Source: Mobula hypostoma (Eukaryota). From it: a stretch of 64,000 nucleotides of DNA. A model generated the notes under the pieces. That model searched no databases. It saw only the letters and a list, made by a program, of their open reading frames with translations, and had not been told where the DNA came from. Below are positions 50,991 to 64,000 of this stretch, one piece after another; position 1 is the first letter of the stretch, and each line of letters opens with the position of its first letter. Position numbers and translations under genes: made by a program. The stretch spans positions 235,850,001 to 235,914,000 of the forward strand of contig NC_086097.1 in NCBI RefSeq assembly GCF_963921235.1, written 5' to 3'.

Positions 50991-52349
50991 ATTCTCAGTG
51001 AAGGTAATCCAGATGGAATCTCCTCTCCTCTTTGTGGACATGGTACCCAGCTGACTTCACTGCTACTGAGGTAAGCAGCGCATTGGGAAATACAGATCCA
51101 GTCACTGCTTTTGTATATGAAAAAATGTTATTGCATGAATATCTAGGTAAAAGAGCAAAATCATCTAGGTAATAGCTGATGGTGCTCATTATATATAGCC
51201 TCAGGTAGATGTCAGTACCAATTAACACTGTATACCAGTTTATCCCATGTTCTCTGAGAAGATCATAACAGGATGACTATTGATGGAGGAAGGGACATTT
51301 CTCTATATTACGTTATATGTTATGGACATTTCCAGGCAGATTTTCTAGCAGAATATGTCAATAACTAGTTGTATGGTTGATCTACCTTATCCTCTTCCTG
51401 AAATCCCAGCATCAAGGTCAATCAATTTATTTCTTTTCATGTATTATCAAATCATTGAAAAGTCAACATGTTCTCAACATCCATTAAGTTGGTAGTCAAG
51501 GTATGACAAGATGCCTGAGGGAGTTTTGTCAGCACTTTGCACACATTGCTGATGACAGAGCAGACTGATTTGTGGTAATTAACCAGACTGGTGCAGGATT
51601 TACTGTAACTGTGTACTTTTCAACATTGTCAGGTGCGTGCCAGTGTTGTAACTGTATTGCAAACACTTAGTTATTGAGCTACAGAAAAGTACAGCACAGA
51701 AACAGGACCTTTGAACCATCTAGTCCATGCCTACTCCCATTGATCTGCACGGAGACCAGAGCTCTCCATATCTCTACCATCCACGTACCAATCTACACTT
51801 TGCTTAAACATTGATATCGAGCTCGCATGCACCCCTTGTACTGGCAGCTCATCTCTCACTCTTACCACCCTCTGAGTGAAAAAGTCTCCCCTCATGCCCC
51901 CTTAAACTTTTCATCTTTCACGCTTAACCCATGACCTCTGGGTGTAGTCCCACCCAAACTCAGTGGAGAAAGTCTGCTTACGTTTACCCTGTCTATACCC
52001 TTCATAATTTTTGAAGATCTCTGAATACTTGGTAATAGATCTGGCAGAGCTCTTCAGTCAGGGTGTCATCTCAACCTATAATTTTAGTGTATCCAGTACT
52101 CAAAGCAATTTCATACTAAGGTATTTATTTAAAGGAATTCAGTATTGACTGATATTTTTCAGATCTTCAGAAGTTGACAATTACCCATTCAACACCTCCA
52201 ACTGAACATGGCTACTCAATAATTATCATTGAAGCAGAAAGTTATGCAGCACAGAAACACACACTATTCTAATCACATATTATTCTCCCCACAGTTCCTT
52301 CAGCAACACCAGTTTAGACATATCACTTGCAGACTTGGAAAAATTTACA

Positions 52350-52545
52350 AGATCCACTTAACCTATCAATCCACACATCTTTAGGATGTTGGAGGAAACT
52401 GAAGCACTTGCAAGAAAGCTGCACATTCACAGATAGTCCTTGCAATCTCTGCACAGACAGCATTGTGGATCAGGAGTGAACCTGGATCACTGGAGATGTG
52501 AGGTAGCAGTTCAACTGCTTGTACCACTGTTCTGCCCATTGTATG
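52350..52545 (-). mobile_element. V-domain SINE (HE1-like), diverged
   Basis: ggaggaaactgaagcac...ctctgcacagacagca...gaacctggatcactggagatgtgaggtagcag is the reverse of a V-SINE head and core. Confidence 0.65.
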
Positions 52546-53069
52546 TTTTGGTACAGGGTGCATAGGTCCCACACAACCAGGTTCAGGACTAGTTCAACCA
52601 TCAGGTTCTTGAACCAACATGGATAACTTCATTCACCTCAGCTCTGAACTAATTCCACAACCTATGGACTCACTTTCAGGGACTACAACTCATATTCTCA
52701 GTATTATTTACTCACTTAATAGTTTAGTATTTTTTATTTGCAGTTGTCTTCTTTTTTCACATTGATTACTTGCCAGTCTTGAGTGCAGTTTTTCACTGAT
52801 TCTATTGTATTTCTTTGGTCTACTGTGGATACCTGCAAGAAAATGAATCTCTATGTAATACTTGGTGACATACACATACCTTGATAATGAATTTAATTTG
52901 AACTTTGATATATTACAGAGGGATGTCATGAGTTCTATGTGTAAGGTGTGTAACTCAATCTTTTCCTCCATTAGATAACAACCGTGGCACAATTTTTGAT
53001 GAGTAGAACTCTTTAAAGTACTCTTGAGTAGAAATTGGTGATCAGGATTAATGAGATTGTACCAATTCT

Positions 53070-53256
53070 ACTTTGGAGGGTCAGACACCCTGAGCCAATA
53101 GGCTGGTCCTGGACTTATTTCATAGTTTACTGGCATAATTTACATATTACTATTTAACTATTTATGGTTCTATTACTATTTATTATTTATGGTGCAACTG
53201 TAACGAAAACCAATTTCCCCTGGGATCAATAAAGTATGACTATGACTATGACTATG
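53070..53256 (+). mobile_element. 3' end of the same Rex1/Babar family as 589-1646
   Basis: Near-identical gtcagacaccctgagcc...gggatcaataaagtatgactatgact. Confidence 0.85.
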
Positions 53257-54019
53257 TAAACTGTCAGACAGTACCTGGGCATAATGTGCAGTGGCATCCT
53301 ACCTGGTTGTTAATGCCATGCCATTCTTTCAAGTACGAAATACTGTTGGTATCTTTATGGGAACATACTTGCAGTCATTGGCACCTCCGTCACTGCGCGA
53401 TCTCGTTGGGTGCCGGAAGTTGATGAATTATTCCACTCTGTGCTGTCAAACTGTTATTTCATCTGTTGACTAAAGTCGTGGTTTGCTTGCTATAGACAGA
53501 AGGCTGCCAGTAGTAATGAACTGTGAAGATGTTGACAGCCGTTGGGAAAATTGGTACAATAAGCAGCATGTGTTCCTGTAAGAGGTCACAGAGTGCCTGC
53601 AAGGTGTTCTGGGAAAGTCCTTCCATTGGATGCACTGTTTTAGAGACAGACCTCGGAAATTCATTCCTAACCTGTGTGTTTTCGTTTCTCCATAGAACCT
53701 CCTAAGGTATCTTTGCACGTTGCTTGTAGTCCACCCTGTTGAGTGTGGTCTCTTATTGATCCGACTTTGTTTCTTGTACTTTCTGTGATTGTCCAGAAGA
53801 AAATGAATCTCAAGGTTCTACATGGTGAAATATATGTACATTGATAGTAAATTTGCTTTAAACTTTTAACTTCTCACTGTAATCCACAGTAGACCCAACT
53901 ACTGCTAGAGCGGATTACCGAGGCAGCTGAACCCCCCCCACCCCCCCACTTTAGATATTCCTTCCAAATACAAGCAGCAAATAAAGCATTCATTAAAAAG
54001 TGGCAATGCTGGCCAGTGG

Positions 54020-54943
54020 CATATGGAATACAATGTTGGAAAATGCATGGTCATGCACTTTGGTAGTAGAAATAAATGTGCAGACTATTTTCTAAAGGAG
54101 GAAGATATCAAAAAATCTGAGATGCAAAGGGACTTGGAAGTCCTTGTGAAAAATATCCTAAAGGTTAACTTGCAGGTAGAGTCGGTGGTGAGGATGGCAA
54201 TTGCAATGTTAGCGTTCATTTCAAGAGGTCTAGAATGCAAGAGCAGGGATGTGATGCTGAGGCTTTACTTTTATACTTTATACTTTATTGTTACCAAATA
54301 ATTGATACTAGAACGTACAATCATCATAGCGATGATTCTGTGCTTCCCACTCCCTGGATTTATAAGGCACTGGTGAGGCCTCATCATGAGTATAGTGAAC
54401 AGTTTTGGGTTCCTCATCTAAGAAAAGATGTGCTGCCATTGGAGAGGGTCCAGAGGAGGTTCGCAGGATGATTCAGTGAATGAACTGGTTATCATACAAG
54501 GAATGTTTGATAGCCCTGGGTCTGTACTCACTAGAATTCAAAAGGTTGAGAGGAGATCTCTTTGAAACTTTTCAAATGTTGTAAAGCCTAGAGAGAGTAG
54601 ACATAGAAAGGATGTTTCCCACGGGGCGGGGGCAGGGGGAGAGTCTCGGACAAGAGGGCACAGCCTCAGGATGGAGGGGCATCCATTTAAAACAGAGTTG
54701 TGCAGAAATTTCTTTAGCCAGAGGAATGGTGAAAATTTGGGGAGTTTGTTACTATAGGCAGCTGTGGAGGCCAGCTCTTTGGGTATATGTAAGTCCGAGC
54801 TTGATAGGTTCTTAATTGGACATGGCAAAAAAGGTCATGTGGAGAAGGCGGGGGAGTGGGGAAAAAGGATCAGCCATGATTGAATGGTGGAGCAGACTTA
54901 ATGGGCCAAATGGCCTAATTCCACTCCAATGTCTTATGGTCTT
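54020..54943 (+). mobile_element. CR1-clade LINE 3' fragment
   Basis: [25 protein letters not shown], tail tgtcttatggtctta. Confidence 0.8.
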
Positions 54944-55875
54944 AAATTTTGAAATCAAATCCACATCCACTACTTCTGCTGGTAGCTTATTCCATACTCT
55001 CACCACACTCCAAGTGAAGGAGCTTCCCCTTCATGTTCCCATTAACCCTTTAATCTTTCACCTTTAACCCTTAACTTCTAGTTCTAATCTTACCCAGCCT
55101 CAAAAGAAAAAGACTGCTTGCATTTACCCTATCTATGCCCCTCATAATTCTGCATATCTCTACCAAATCTCCCCTCATTCTCCTGTGCTGTAGGGAATTA
55201 AGACCTAATCTATTTAACCTTTCCCTAAAACTCATAATAAGAAATTTATTTGCTTCATTTTCTTCTCTGGGGCAAAGACTGATTGGAACCCAATAGGTGA
55301 TGCTCCTTAATTTTTTGTATTTGCCAATCAATAGTCCCTAACAGGGCCTGGAAGCTCACCCTGATGTTAAGTGTTCATATATATATTGCTGGACAATGCC
55401 CACCAATACTACTACCAGCAGATGGGAGGCACAGAAGCCTCAGGTCCCACACCAGCAGGACCTGCTAAAGGGTCTTGGCCCAAAACGTCATCTATACTCG
55501 TTTCCATAGATGCTACCTGGCCTGCTGAGTTCCTCTAGCATTTTGTGTGTGTTGCTTGGATTTCCAGCATCTGCAGATTTTCTCTTGTTTATACTTTGAT
55601 AAAAAATTTACTTTGACTTTGACTTTGACATATGCAGGTCTTTTGCTGGGAATTTGTCAGGTACAACTGCATTGATCTAAAGAGTTCCTGATTCAGTTTT
55701 GCATTTTGAATCCATAGCAAGGATCCCAACCAGAAATATCAAATCCAATTTGACATTTGTTGCAATTTCATTTGAAAATGTTTGCAAGTGAGATTTATTC
55801 TGGGTTACATTAGGTTTGTGAAAACAGTACTGTACTATGAAATTCAATTTCTTTGCAATAATATTTCAAAGGGAT

Positions 55876-57005
55876 TGTCATGGTCCGGTCCATGAAGCCC
55901 GCATTCTGGTTCACGGTGCAGTCCATAGATCAGTATTCCAGGTTTTACAGTTTTCCCTTGTCCTGTTGTGTGCCTTAATTGAGGCATATGATTCTCATTT
56001 TGGGATGGCTACATAAACAGCTCCTGGGTTCAGTTTCAGTTACTGGACTGTTCACTCCCCTTCCCCTTCCTTCTAAAGCCTCGCCTGCTACCTTCGCCTG
56101 AAACCTTGCCTGCTACCTTCGCCTGTGTCCTCGCCTGTAATACGGTCAGGTTCAACCGCTAGGGCAAGATCAGGGCCTTGCTGTGTCCAGATAAGGAACT
56201 GTCTTTCGTTGTTTGGAACTGTCTCTTTTCATCCTCGCCTTCGCTAGGTAGGTCCGGCTGTTTGTCACTACCTAGTGTTGGGAACCATCTCTGTGTCCAC
56301 ACCTTTGCTAGGTAGGTCCGGCTGTTTGTCGCTACCTAGTGTTGGGAACCATCTCTGTGTCCTCATCTTTGCTAGGTAGGTCCGGCTGTTTGCCGCTACC
56401 TTGTGTTGGGAAACATCTCGTCGTGCTCAGCATTCTGTGTGTGAGTCCCGGCCCCAAGTCCTGTTCCTAAAGAGGGGTCCCAGCTCTGTGTTCCTGTTCT
56501 CCCTCGACCAAGGCTCTGCATTCCTGTCTCCCTCGACCAAGTCAAGGCTTCATGTTCTCGTCCTGTCCATGTGCCTTGCCCAGCCCAGTAGTACCTCGCC
56601 CAGCCCAGTGCTGGGGTTCCCTCATCCTGTGCTGGGGTTCTCTCGTCCTGTCCGGGAGTCTCACATCCAGTTCTGTTGCCCTCCTCGTCCTGTACCCACG
56701 TCTTGTCCTACCCTAGATCCGGGGTCCGAGCCCAAGTCAAGACCCAAGTTCTGGGTCCCTGTCCAGACTGTGGCTCAGAGTCCTTGTCCAGGTTCCAAGT
56801 TCCTAGTTCCTCGTCCAGGTCCCGCTTTCCCAGTCTAGTTCTAACCCAGGCCCTGTATCCTAGTCTCATCCAGGGCCTGTGTCTTGTCTAGTGTCATATC
56901 TTCCCCACTTCTCTTGCTTTCTTGACATACCTAGTCCTGTTCCGAGTACTTCGGTGTCTGTGTCTTGCATTTGGGTCCGCCTTCAACAGCCCCCGTTTTA
57001 TGACA
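55876..57005. mobile_element. Solo LTR (1130 bp)
   Basis: Inverted ends TGTCAT...ATGACA and perfect 5-bp TSD GGGAT (55871-55875, 57006-57010); no coding motifs. Confidence 0.85.
56238..56420. repeat. 64-bp tandem repeat, about 2.8 copies, inside the solo LTR
   Basis: gctaggtaggtccggctgtttg starts at 56243, 56307 and 56371. Confidence 0.9.
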
Positions 57006-57289
57006 GGGATAAAGCCAGGTTAAGCAGTGATTTAAAAATGGCAGCTGGAATATCCTATAGGAAGATAAGTGCCTTGTGGAAATAATGGAAAGACACTGTA
57101 TTTTTATGTAATAGTAAACAAACAAATATCAAGAATGTGTCAGAGTGTTTTGACATTGTGTTATATAAAATGCAGACACCCAGTATGTAGGTACAACAAA
57201 CAACTTGAAAGGTGATAGTATGTCAACCTTTATTGAAAAGACCTGGAGTACAACTGCAAGGAAATCTGTAACAATCGTACAGGGCTTTG

Positions 57290-57685
57290 ATGAGACCATC
57301 CTTTCTGGGTGGTGGGATGGAGATACATCTCTACTCAAGGAAGTGTAAGGTGCTCTTTCTCTCTGCTAGCCCGCATGTCATCATTGGGCAAGGTGTAGCA
57401 CCTACTTAGACCCCCGATAAGGGTCATATGAAGCCATTGGAGTTGGTGGCAGATGGTCGTATGAGCAACTGGTACATATCACAAGTCCTGGTTATGCGGC
57501 AACTGATGCCAAGCAGACAGTCTCTAAAGGGTATTGATAATGGCTGGGGTCACCCGTCTTGTAAAGACACTGCCCAGAAGAAGGCAATGGCAAAGCACTT
57601 CTGCAGAAAAATTTGCCCAGTACAATCATAGTCACTGAGACCACGATCACCCTCATCATATGACATGTCATATAATGATGATGAA
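57290..57685 (+). mobile_element. Probable RTE-related non-autonomous retroposon/SINE
   Basis: agaagaaggcaatggcaaagcacttc resembles the Bov-A/RTE motif GAAGGCAATGGCAACCCACTCC; ends in (TGA)n. Confidence 0.45.
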
Positions 57686-60564
57686 GAATGCTCCTTAAAC
57701 ACAGACATTAAGTAACTGAGAACATCAGCCAAATGACAATGAAGAAAAGGTACTTGTTCCAAAGTACCTACCCTTTGTTCAAGTTATCTGTTCTAGAAAC
57801 ATAGAAAACCTACAGCACAGTACAGACCCTTTGGCCCACAATGCTGTGCCGAACATGTACTTACTTTCGAAATTACCTGTCTTGGAAATTCTACAACTTC
57901 AGAATGTCATAGGATCATAAGAGCACAGGAGAAGGCTCATCAAACTATTGATCAGCTTCTTAGTTCCTTGAGTGCAAACAATTCGATCCTATCTCCGTTA
58001 TCGCCTGCTCTTTCCCTAAACCACTGCAAGTAAGTTTCCCTCAGATGCTTCTTCCAATACACTTTTGAGGGTCCTGGGAGATTGTGTTTGCAACACCCTT
58101 GCAGGCAGCAATTACCAGATCAGAACCATGCTATCTGAGATGGAATTTTTTTTCAGTTTATTTACTCATGAGAAAGTTTCACATAAGTGGTTTATGGAAT
58201 TCATGCCAAATTACAAAGTTCTGCCCCTTTATCTCTGCTAATTGTCTCTGTCCTGCTGCTTTCCAAATCTAAAGCCCATTTTCAGGATCACATCCTCTCG
58301 TGGAGTATAATTACAGGTGTGGAATTTGTATGGTTTAATTCCAACCACAATTTCAATGTTTTGCCATTTAGTTACACGGGGAATGTAATTCTCAATCACC
58401 GTTGATCCCCTTCAAGCTTTTATTAGTTATGCTGAGTTCCTCTGTGCAATCTTTTTAACAAAAGCATTGATTGATTTTCTTTCATAGTCAGCATGACATA
58501 ACAGTACAAATGTCCATTTTTATTTCCCAGTCTGTCTGGTCTCAGTTCCTGGCATTGCTTTTGAGTCAATAAAATGAATGTTCTCCCTCACATCTATAAA
58601 GATAATGCTAGTTTATTCCATCCATTTTATTGTGCCACCAACTAGTTTGATCATGACTATGATTACTGACAGTAGACCAATTTTCTAACTGGATCTCTGC
58701 CAGGCTTCTAATTTTGTAGTGTTACATTTAAAGTATCTCAGTACAAGTTTAAAGTTGACACCAGTGACTTCTCTGCTGTACTTGAATGATGTTAACAACC
58801 ATTTAAATCTGTAACACTACTGGGCCATATTCCCTCATTTTCAACCAGATGTAGATTTGAATCCAATTTTGGGCACTTTAACGCCAGACATCAAAGTTCG
58901 AGGATCATCTATATTCTCTATATCTGTTTACAGCTGTAAGGAATTTCCTATAATGTGTTGGCACAATATGCAAAAATAAACAGGGAACAATATTCAACAA
59001 TTGTAGAGAATTATATAGAAAATAAAGTTCAAGTGTAATGTACAAATATAGAATAAAATGTGCAGCAATACATTAATAGCAGCATGTATGTATAAATACT
59101 GTGCAATCTCACAAGTTGGGTTTTATAATAAATTGGGTGACTTATTTTAATAGTTGGAATCCATTTGTATCAACTTATTAAATCAAGGAATATCATGTCT
59201 ATGAAAATTTGCTACAATATGGCATTCTGGGAAAATTCATAGGTTGGCAGCCATTTTGACATGATGAGTTTTGTGTAAGATGTATTCTGAATTGCTTGTA
59301 TCTTCTTTTAGGATCAGATAATGACAGGTTTACCAAACCTGCCTCTGCGAAATTTTGTTGCAATGTTTATATTCTTGAATTGCCCATTTGAAAGATGACA
59401 CAACTGTATAAAGGGTTTCTGAGGAGGCAACGACATGCTTTTCACCACTTCAAGAAAAGAAGATTTACGTATGAGAGAGCTAAAGAGTGGGATGTATTTA
59501 GTGAGGATCAGCTGGAGTGAAATGAGCTAAGGACCAAAATTTTCATTTTGGAGATGCATGAAGATGTGAAAATAAATTGGTTTTGAAATTGCAGCAGTTT
59601 TAAGTGAAAATTCCCAGTCAGATTTTTTTGTATATTGCTGGAAATCTACTTTGAGTCAAGCCAATTAGCCTACATTTTAAAATATAGCTTGAAAGTATGT
59701 GCAATAAACAATATTCTTTGATATATATGAGTGGTAATTTCATGCATTTTTATTTTAGCATTATCAGCTCATATTTTTTTCACAGAAAGTGAGATTTTTA
59801 AAATTGTAATAACTGGGCTGTTCCTGTGGGTAACCTTATATTAAGTAATTGAAAATGAGTTTAAAATTTCATGCAGAACCATTAGGTAGTTTCATTAAAT
59901 TGAACTGTACTTTTCCAAGGAAGTTTAAAAAATTTAAAACCTTTTAAAGTGCAGTACAGTACAAATTACTACAGTAATTGTAAATGAAGAGCCTCTTTAA
60001 GTGCTGCAAGGTAGTGCAATTCAAGGGACTCCGATATGATGACTTAGTCTGTATTAAAAGCCATTTCGTGGCAGAATCTTTCTGTAGCTTAGTTTTTTTA
60101 AAAAGTATTACGCAAAAGCTATTGGAATTTGGTATAGAATGGAAATAAGTCTACTACACTGGATTTGCTAGCATTCAGCAAATTGTATTTCAAATGCCAA
60201 AATAGCTGTAGAGAAAGCCTATGCCAAGGATCGCAGAATCCCTCTTTTGGGACAGAAATAGTCAGACTGACTCGGACCAAAACTTTTGAATATATTTAAT
60301 AGTGCAGCATACACAGTGGAACATCAATTTTATACTTTTGCCTCAACTTTCTAGAGTGGATTTAAAATCACAACTTTAAAAATAGCTATTAAACTGTAAA
60401 CCCAATTAATTTAGTGTCTAATGTAAAATGAGGATGGTGATCAATTTGTCCAAAAGCAGTGTAAACATTCTTGCAAATTGATTCATGAGGTAAAGTGGAC
60501 CTGTCTGTGAGTTGCAGCAATAGCTGATAAAGTGACAGATTCTACTAACAGCTTGCAATGATGA

Positions 60565-61285
60565 TAAGACAGTAAGACCATAACATATAGGAGCAGAATT
60601 AGGCCATTTAGCCCATTGAGACAGCTCTGTCATTCATTATGGCAGATCCATTTCCCTCTCAGCCCCAGTCTCCCACCTACTCCCAATCCCTTCATGCCCT
60701 GATTAATCAAGAATCCATTAACATCTGTCTTAAATACAAAGTTTATATATCCAATGACTTGCCCTCTACAGCCACCTGTGGCAATGAATTCCACAGATTG
60801 ACCATTCTCTGGCTAAAGAAATTCCTCCTCGCCTCCGTTCTAAAAGGCTGTGTCCTCTGGTCTTAGACTCTCCCACCACAGAATTCAGTCTCACAGTATC
60901 TACTCCATAGGGGTCTATCAACTTTCAATAGGTTTTAATGAGGTCACCCCCAATTCCTCTGAATTCCAGTGAGCACAAGCCCAGAACCATCAAATGCTCT
61001 TCTTATGACAAGCTTTTCAATCCCAGAATTATTTTCGAAAACCTCTTTTCAACTCTCTCCAACATCAGCAGATCCTTTCTTAGATAATGGGCCTAAAACT
61101 GCTCACAACACTGCAAGTGAGGCCTCACCAGTGCTTTATAAAGCCTCAACATTACATCCTTGCTTTTATATTCGAGTTCTCCCGAGAAGAATGCTAACAT
61201 CTCATTTGCCTTCCTCACCACCGACTTAACCTGCAAATTAACCTTTAGGCAACCCTGCATGAAGCCTCCCATGTCCCTTCACAAC
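60565..61285 (-). mobile_element. CR1-clade LINE 3' fragment
   Basis: Reverse tail taagaccataacatataggagcagaattaggcc; FHRLTILWLKKFL antisense signature shared with other copies. Confidence 0.8.
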
Positions 61286-62599
61286 TCATGGTCTGTTTTA
61301 TGTAGCTGTTTGCACTGCAGCGCTGTTCGTGTGTCTTTTGGCAGCCCACTCAGAATTTGGGGTTACACTTCTGAGGGAGTTAGTGACATTCAAATCAGGC
61401 AGTGGGTCATAGAGTCATAGATTTACACAGCACAGAATCAAGCTCTTTGGCCTAATTCATCGATGCTGACCTGAGCCAAACACATTCACCTGCACCTAAG
61501 ATACTCCTGTCCATGAACCTGTCTAAATGTCTCTGAAATGTTGTAATCTGGCAGGATGCCGTGCACAGCTGCAGTAGGCTGTCTTGTGCAGTGTCACTTT
61601 CTGACAATACATTTCTTAAAGGAATGTGGCTCTGGGCTAATAATCCCTGTGGATGGGCTGAGGTCTTCTCTGAGCAGAATTTTCATACCCTGTCCCTTTA
61701 CAGACTCAACAACTGCTTGGTCTGGAGCTTAGGCTCTGCTGTTTATCCTGCACCTCTTTGTCCATCTTGCATTCAAAAAAGGAAGTACGATCCCAATGAT
61801 AAACTGCAATGCTTAGTCAGGTTGTGCAGTGTAAAGAAATGAAAAACCTTGGACAAAATAGAATATTGAGAAAGTATAGAATTCCAATCTGACTGAATGA
61901 CTTTAGGAGCAGGTTCTGGTTAAGTTCATATCAGCTCTAGCAGGCATAGAGCAAGAACATTTTAATTAGTTCTGTCATTAACCAGCAGCTCTACCACCCA
62001 GATTATGCTCTCTTTTTGCTGCTGCCATTAGGAAGAAGGTACAAAATCCCCAGGAGTTCCACCACCAGGTTCAGAAACAATTATTACCTCTCAACTATCA
62101 AGCTCTTGAAACAAAGTGGATAGACACTCAACTTCACTTGCCACATCACTGAAAGGTTCCTGCCTGTAGACTCACTTTCAAGGACTCTTCATCTCATGGT
62201 TTTGAAATGTATTGCTTATTTATTTGTTATTATTATTATTGCTGCTTTCTTTTTGTACTTGCACACTTCGCTACCTTTGCACACTGGTTGCATGCCGAGT
62301 TCGTGCTATCTTTCATTGACTCCATATCCGTAAGAAAATTAATCTCAGGGTAGTACATGGTGACATATATGTACTTTGATAATAAATTTACTCTGAATTT
62401 TTGACTTTAAAGTGTGGGCAGAAGGCATGAAGGTCAGTGACCTCTTTGGTTTGCAAGTCGGCGAGAGTGGAATTCCATGCCGAGTGTTCAGGGTCATTGT
62501 CATCAGCTAGTCTAGCGTTCAAGACCTGAAGTTAAGGGTCTTTATCCGGGGTCCTCAGCATTGGTGAATTGGGATTGCTACTGAAGATTGAAGCACAAA

Positions 62600-63155
62600 C
62601 ATAGAACAGAAAACATAGAAATTTATAGCACATTACTTGCCCTCCAGCTCACAATGTTGTGCCAACCATTTAACCTCCTCTAGAAACTACCTAGAATCTC
62701 CCTTGCACATAGCCCTCTATTTTTATAAGCTCTATGTACCTCTCTAAGAGGCTCTTCAAAGACCCAGTTGTATCCGCTTCTACCACTGCCACTGGCAGTG
62801 CATTCCACAAACGCACCACTCTCCTGAGTGAAAAACTTACCCCTACATCCCCTCAGTACCAGCTTCCAAGCACCTTAAAACTATGCCCTGGGAAAAAGCC
62901 TCTGGTTATCCACACGACCAATGCCTCTCATCATCTTATACACCTCTATCAGGTCACTTCTCATCCTCCGCTGCTCCAAGGAGAAAAGGCCAAGTTCACT
63001 CAACCTAGTCTTATAAGGCACTGCCTCCAATCCAGGCAACATCCTTGTAAATCTCCTCTGCACTCTCTCTATAATGTCTACATCCTTCCTGTAGTGAGGT
63101 GACCAGAACTGAACACAGTACTCCAAGTGGGGTCTGACCAGGGTCTTACATAGCT
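62600..63155 (-). mobile_element. CR1-clade LINE 3' fragment
   Basis: ORF 62881..63174 KTLVRPHLEYCVQFWSPHYRKD. Confidence 0.85.
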
Positions 63156-64000
63156 GGTCGATCAGAGGTCTCAAGGTCGACCCCGATGGTGGGAGCCCTG
63201 AGTCTGTGAGTTTACTGGGAAATCAAAGGCCCAATATCTGTGAGCCCGCAAGTCCAATGGAAGCCCGAGGCTGGGGGCTGCCGGTACTGGGGTTGGACAA
63301 CAGTGCGTGCTTTGGTGAGATGAAGGAGGAGCATGGGTTGTTTTGTTTTTGACGTGTTCTTTGTTGTTCTACCGAGCTTTGTGGGCATGCTATGTTGGTG
63401 CTGGAATGTGTGCAGACACTTGCAGGCTCTCACCTTAGATCGTTTTGCTTATTAACACAAACAATGCATTTCACTATATATTTTGATGTATATAATGTAA
63501 GTTTCATTGTCAAAGTACGTATATGTCACCATATACAACCCTGTGGGCATACTCAGCAAATATATAGAATAGTAACTATAACAGGGTCAATGATAGATCA
63601 ACCAGAGTGCAAAAGACAACAAACTGTGCAAATTCAAATAGAAATAAATAGAAATAAATAACAGGAACATGAGATAAAGAGTCCTTAAAGTGAAATAACT
63701 GATCAGAGGAACATTTCAATGAAGGAAAATAGAGTGTAGTTATCCCCTTTTATTCAAGATCGTGACGGTTGAGGGGTACTAAGAGCTCTTAAACCTGGTG
63801 TTCCTGAGGCTCCTGTACCTGGGGTATGGAGGGAACGCTGGTACAGGGTTCTTTGTTGGATGATCAGCCATGATCATACTGAATGGCAGTGCAGGCTCGA
63901 AGGACTGAATGGCCTACTCCTGCACCTATTTTCTATGTTTCTATGTTTCCATCTGAGCACAGGAGAAGAAAGCATGGCCATAAATAAATGAATCTGAACC

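Noticed and set aside
56238..56420. CRISPR-like repeat array
   Set aside because: Units are contiguous near-identical tandem copies without unique spacers, inside a eukaryotic LTR
59300..59475. Possible plus-strand exon (cttttag acceptor; MTQLYKGFLRRQ... then gtatga)
   Set aside because: All frames from the acceptor hit stops and the short peptide has no recognisable homology

Overview
Repeat-dominated, non-coding vertebrate DNA (intron or intergenic). The mix of CR1-type LINEs with short tandem tails, V-domain (HE1-like) SINEs, Rex1/Babar LINEs and Penelope-like elements suggests a cartilaginous fish (inference). I found no convincing host-gene exon; every recognisable ORF lies within a transposon. 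Contents: many CR1 fragments (including one near-full-length copy with an SGNH-esterase ORF1 that hosts several nested insertions), Rex1/Babar and RTE LINE pieces, Penelope-like elements (RT, GIY-YIG, terminal minimal hammerhead motifs, inverted structures, TSDs), a pogo/Tigger and a Tc1-type DNA transposon, a solo LTR, and a structurally complete ~3.96 kb Gypsy LTR element (9159-13114, TSD GAGG, tRNA-Pro PBS, PPT). The most unusual observation is that in this Gypsy element the RNase H/integrase core is replaced by an intron-less, apparently shuffled mosaic of sarcomeric myosin heavy chain rod sequence, i.e. a probable captured host gene fragment. Family assignments come from motif recognition without database searches, and boundaries lacking a TSD are approximate.
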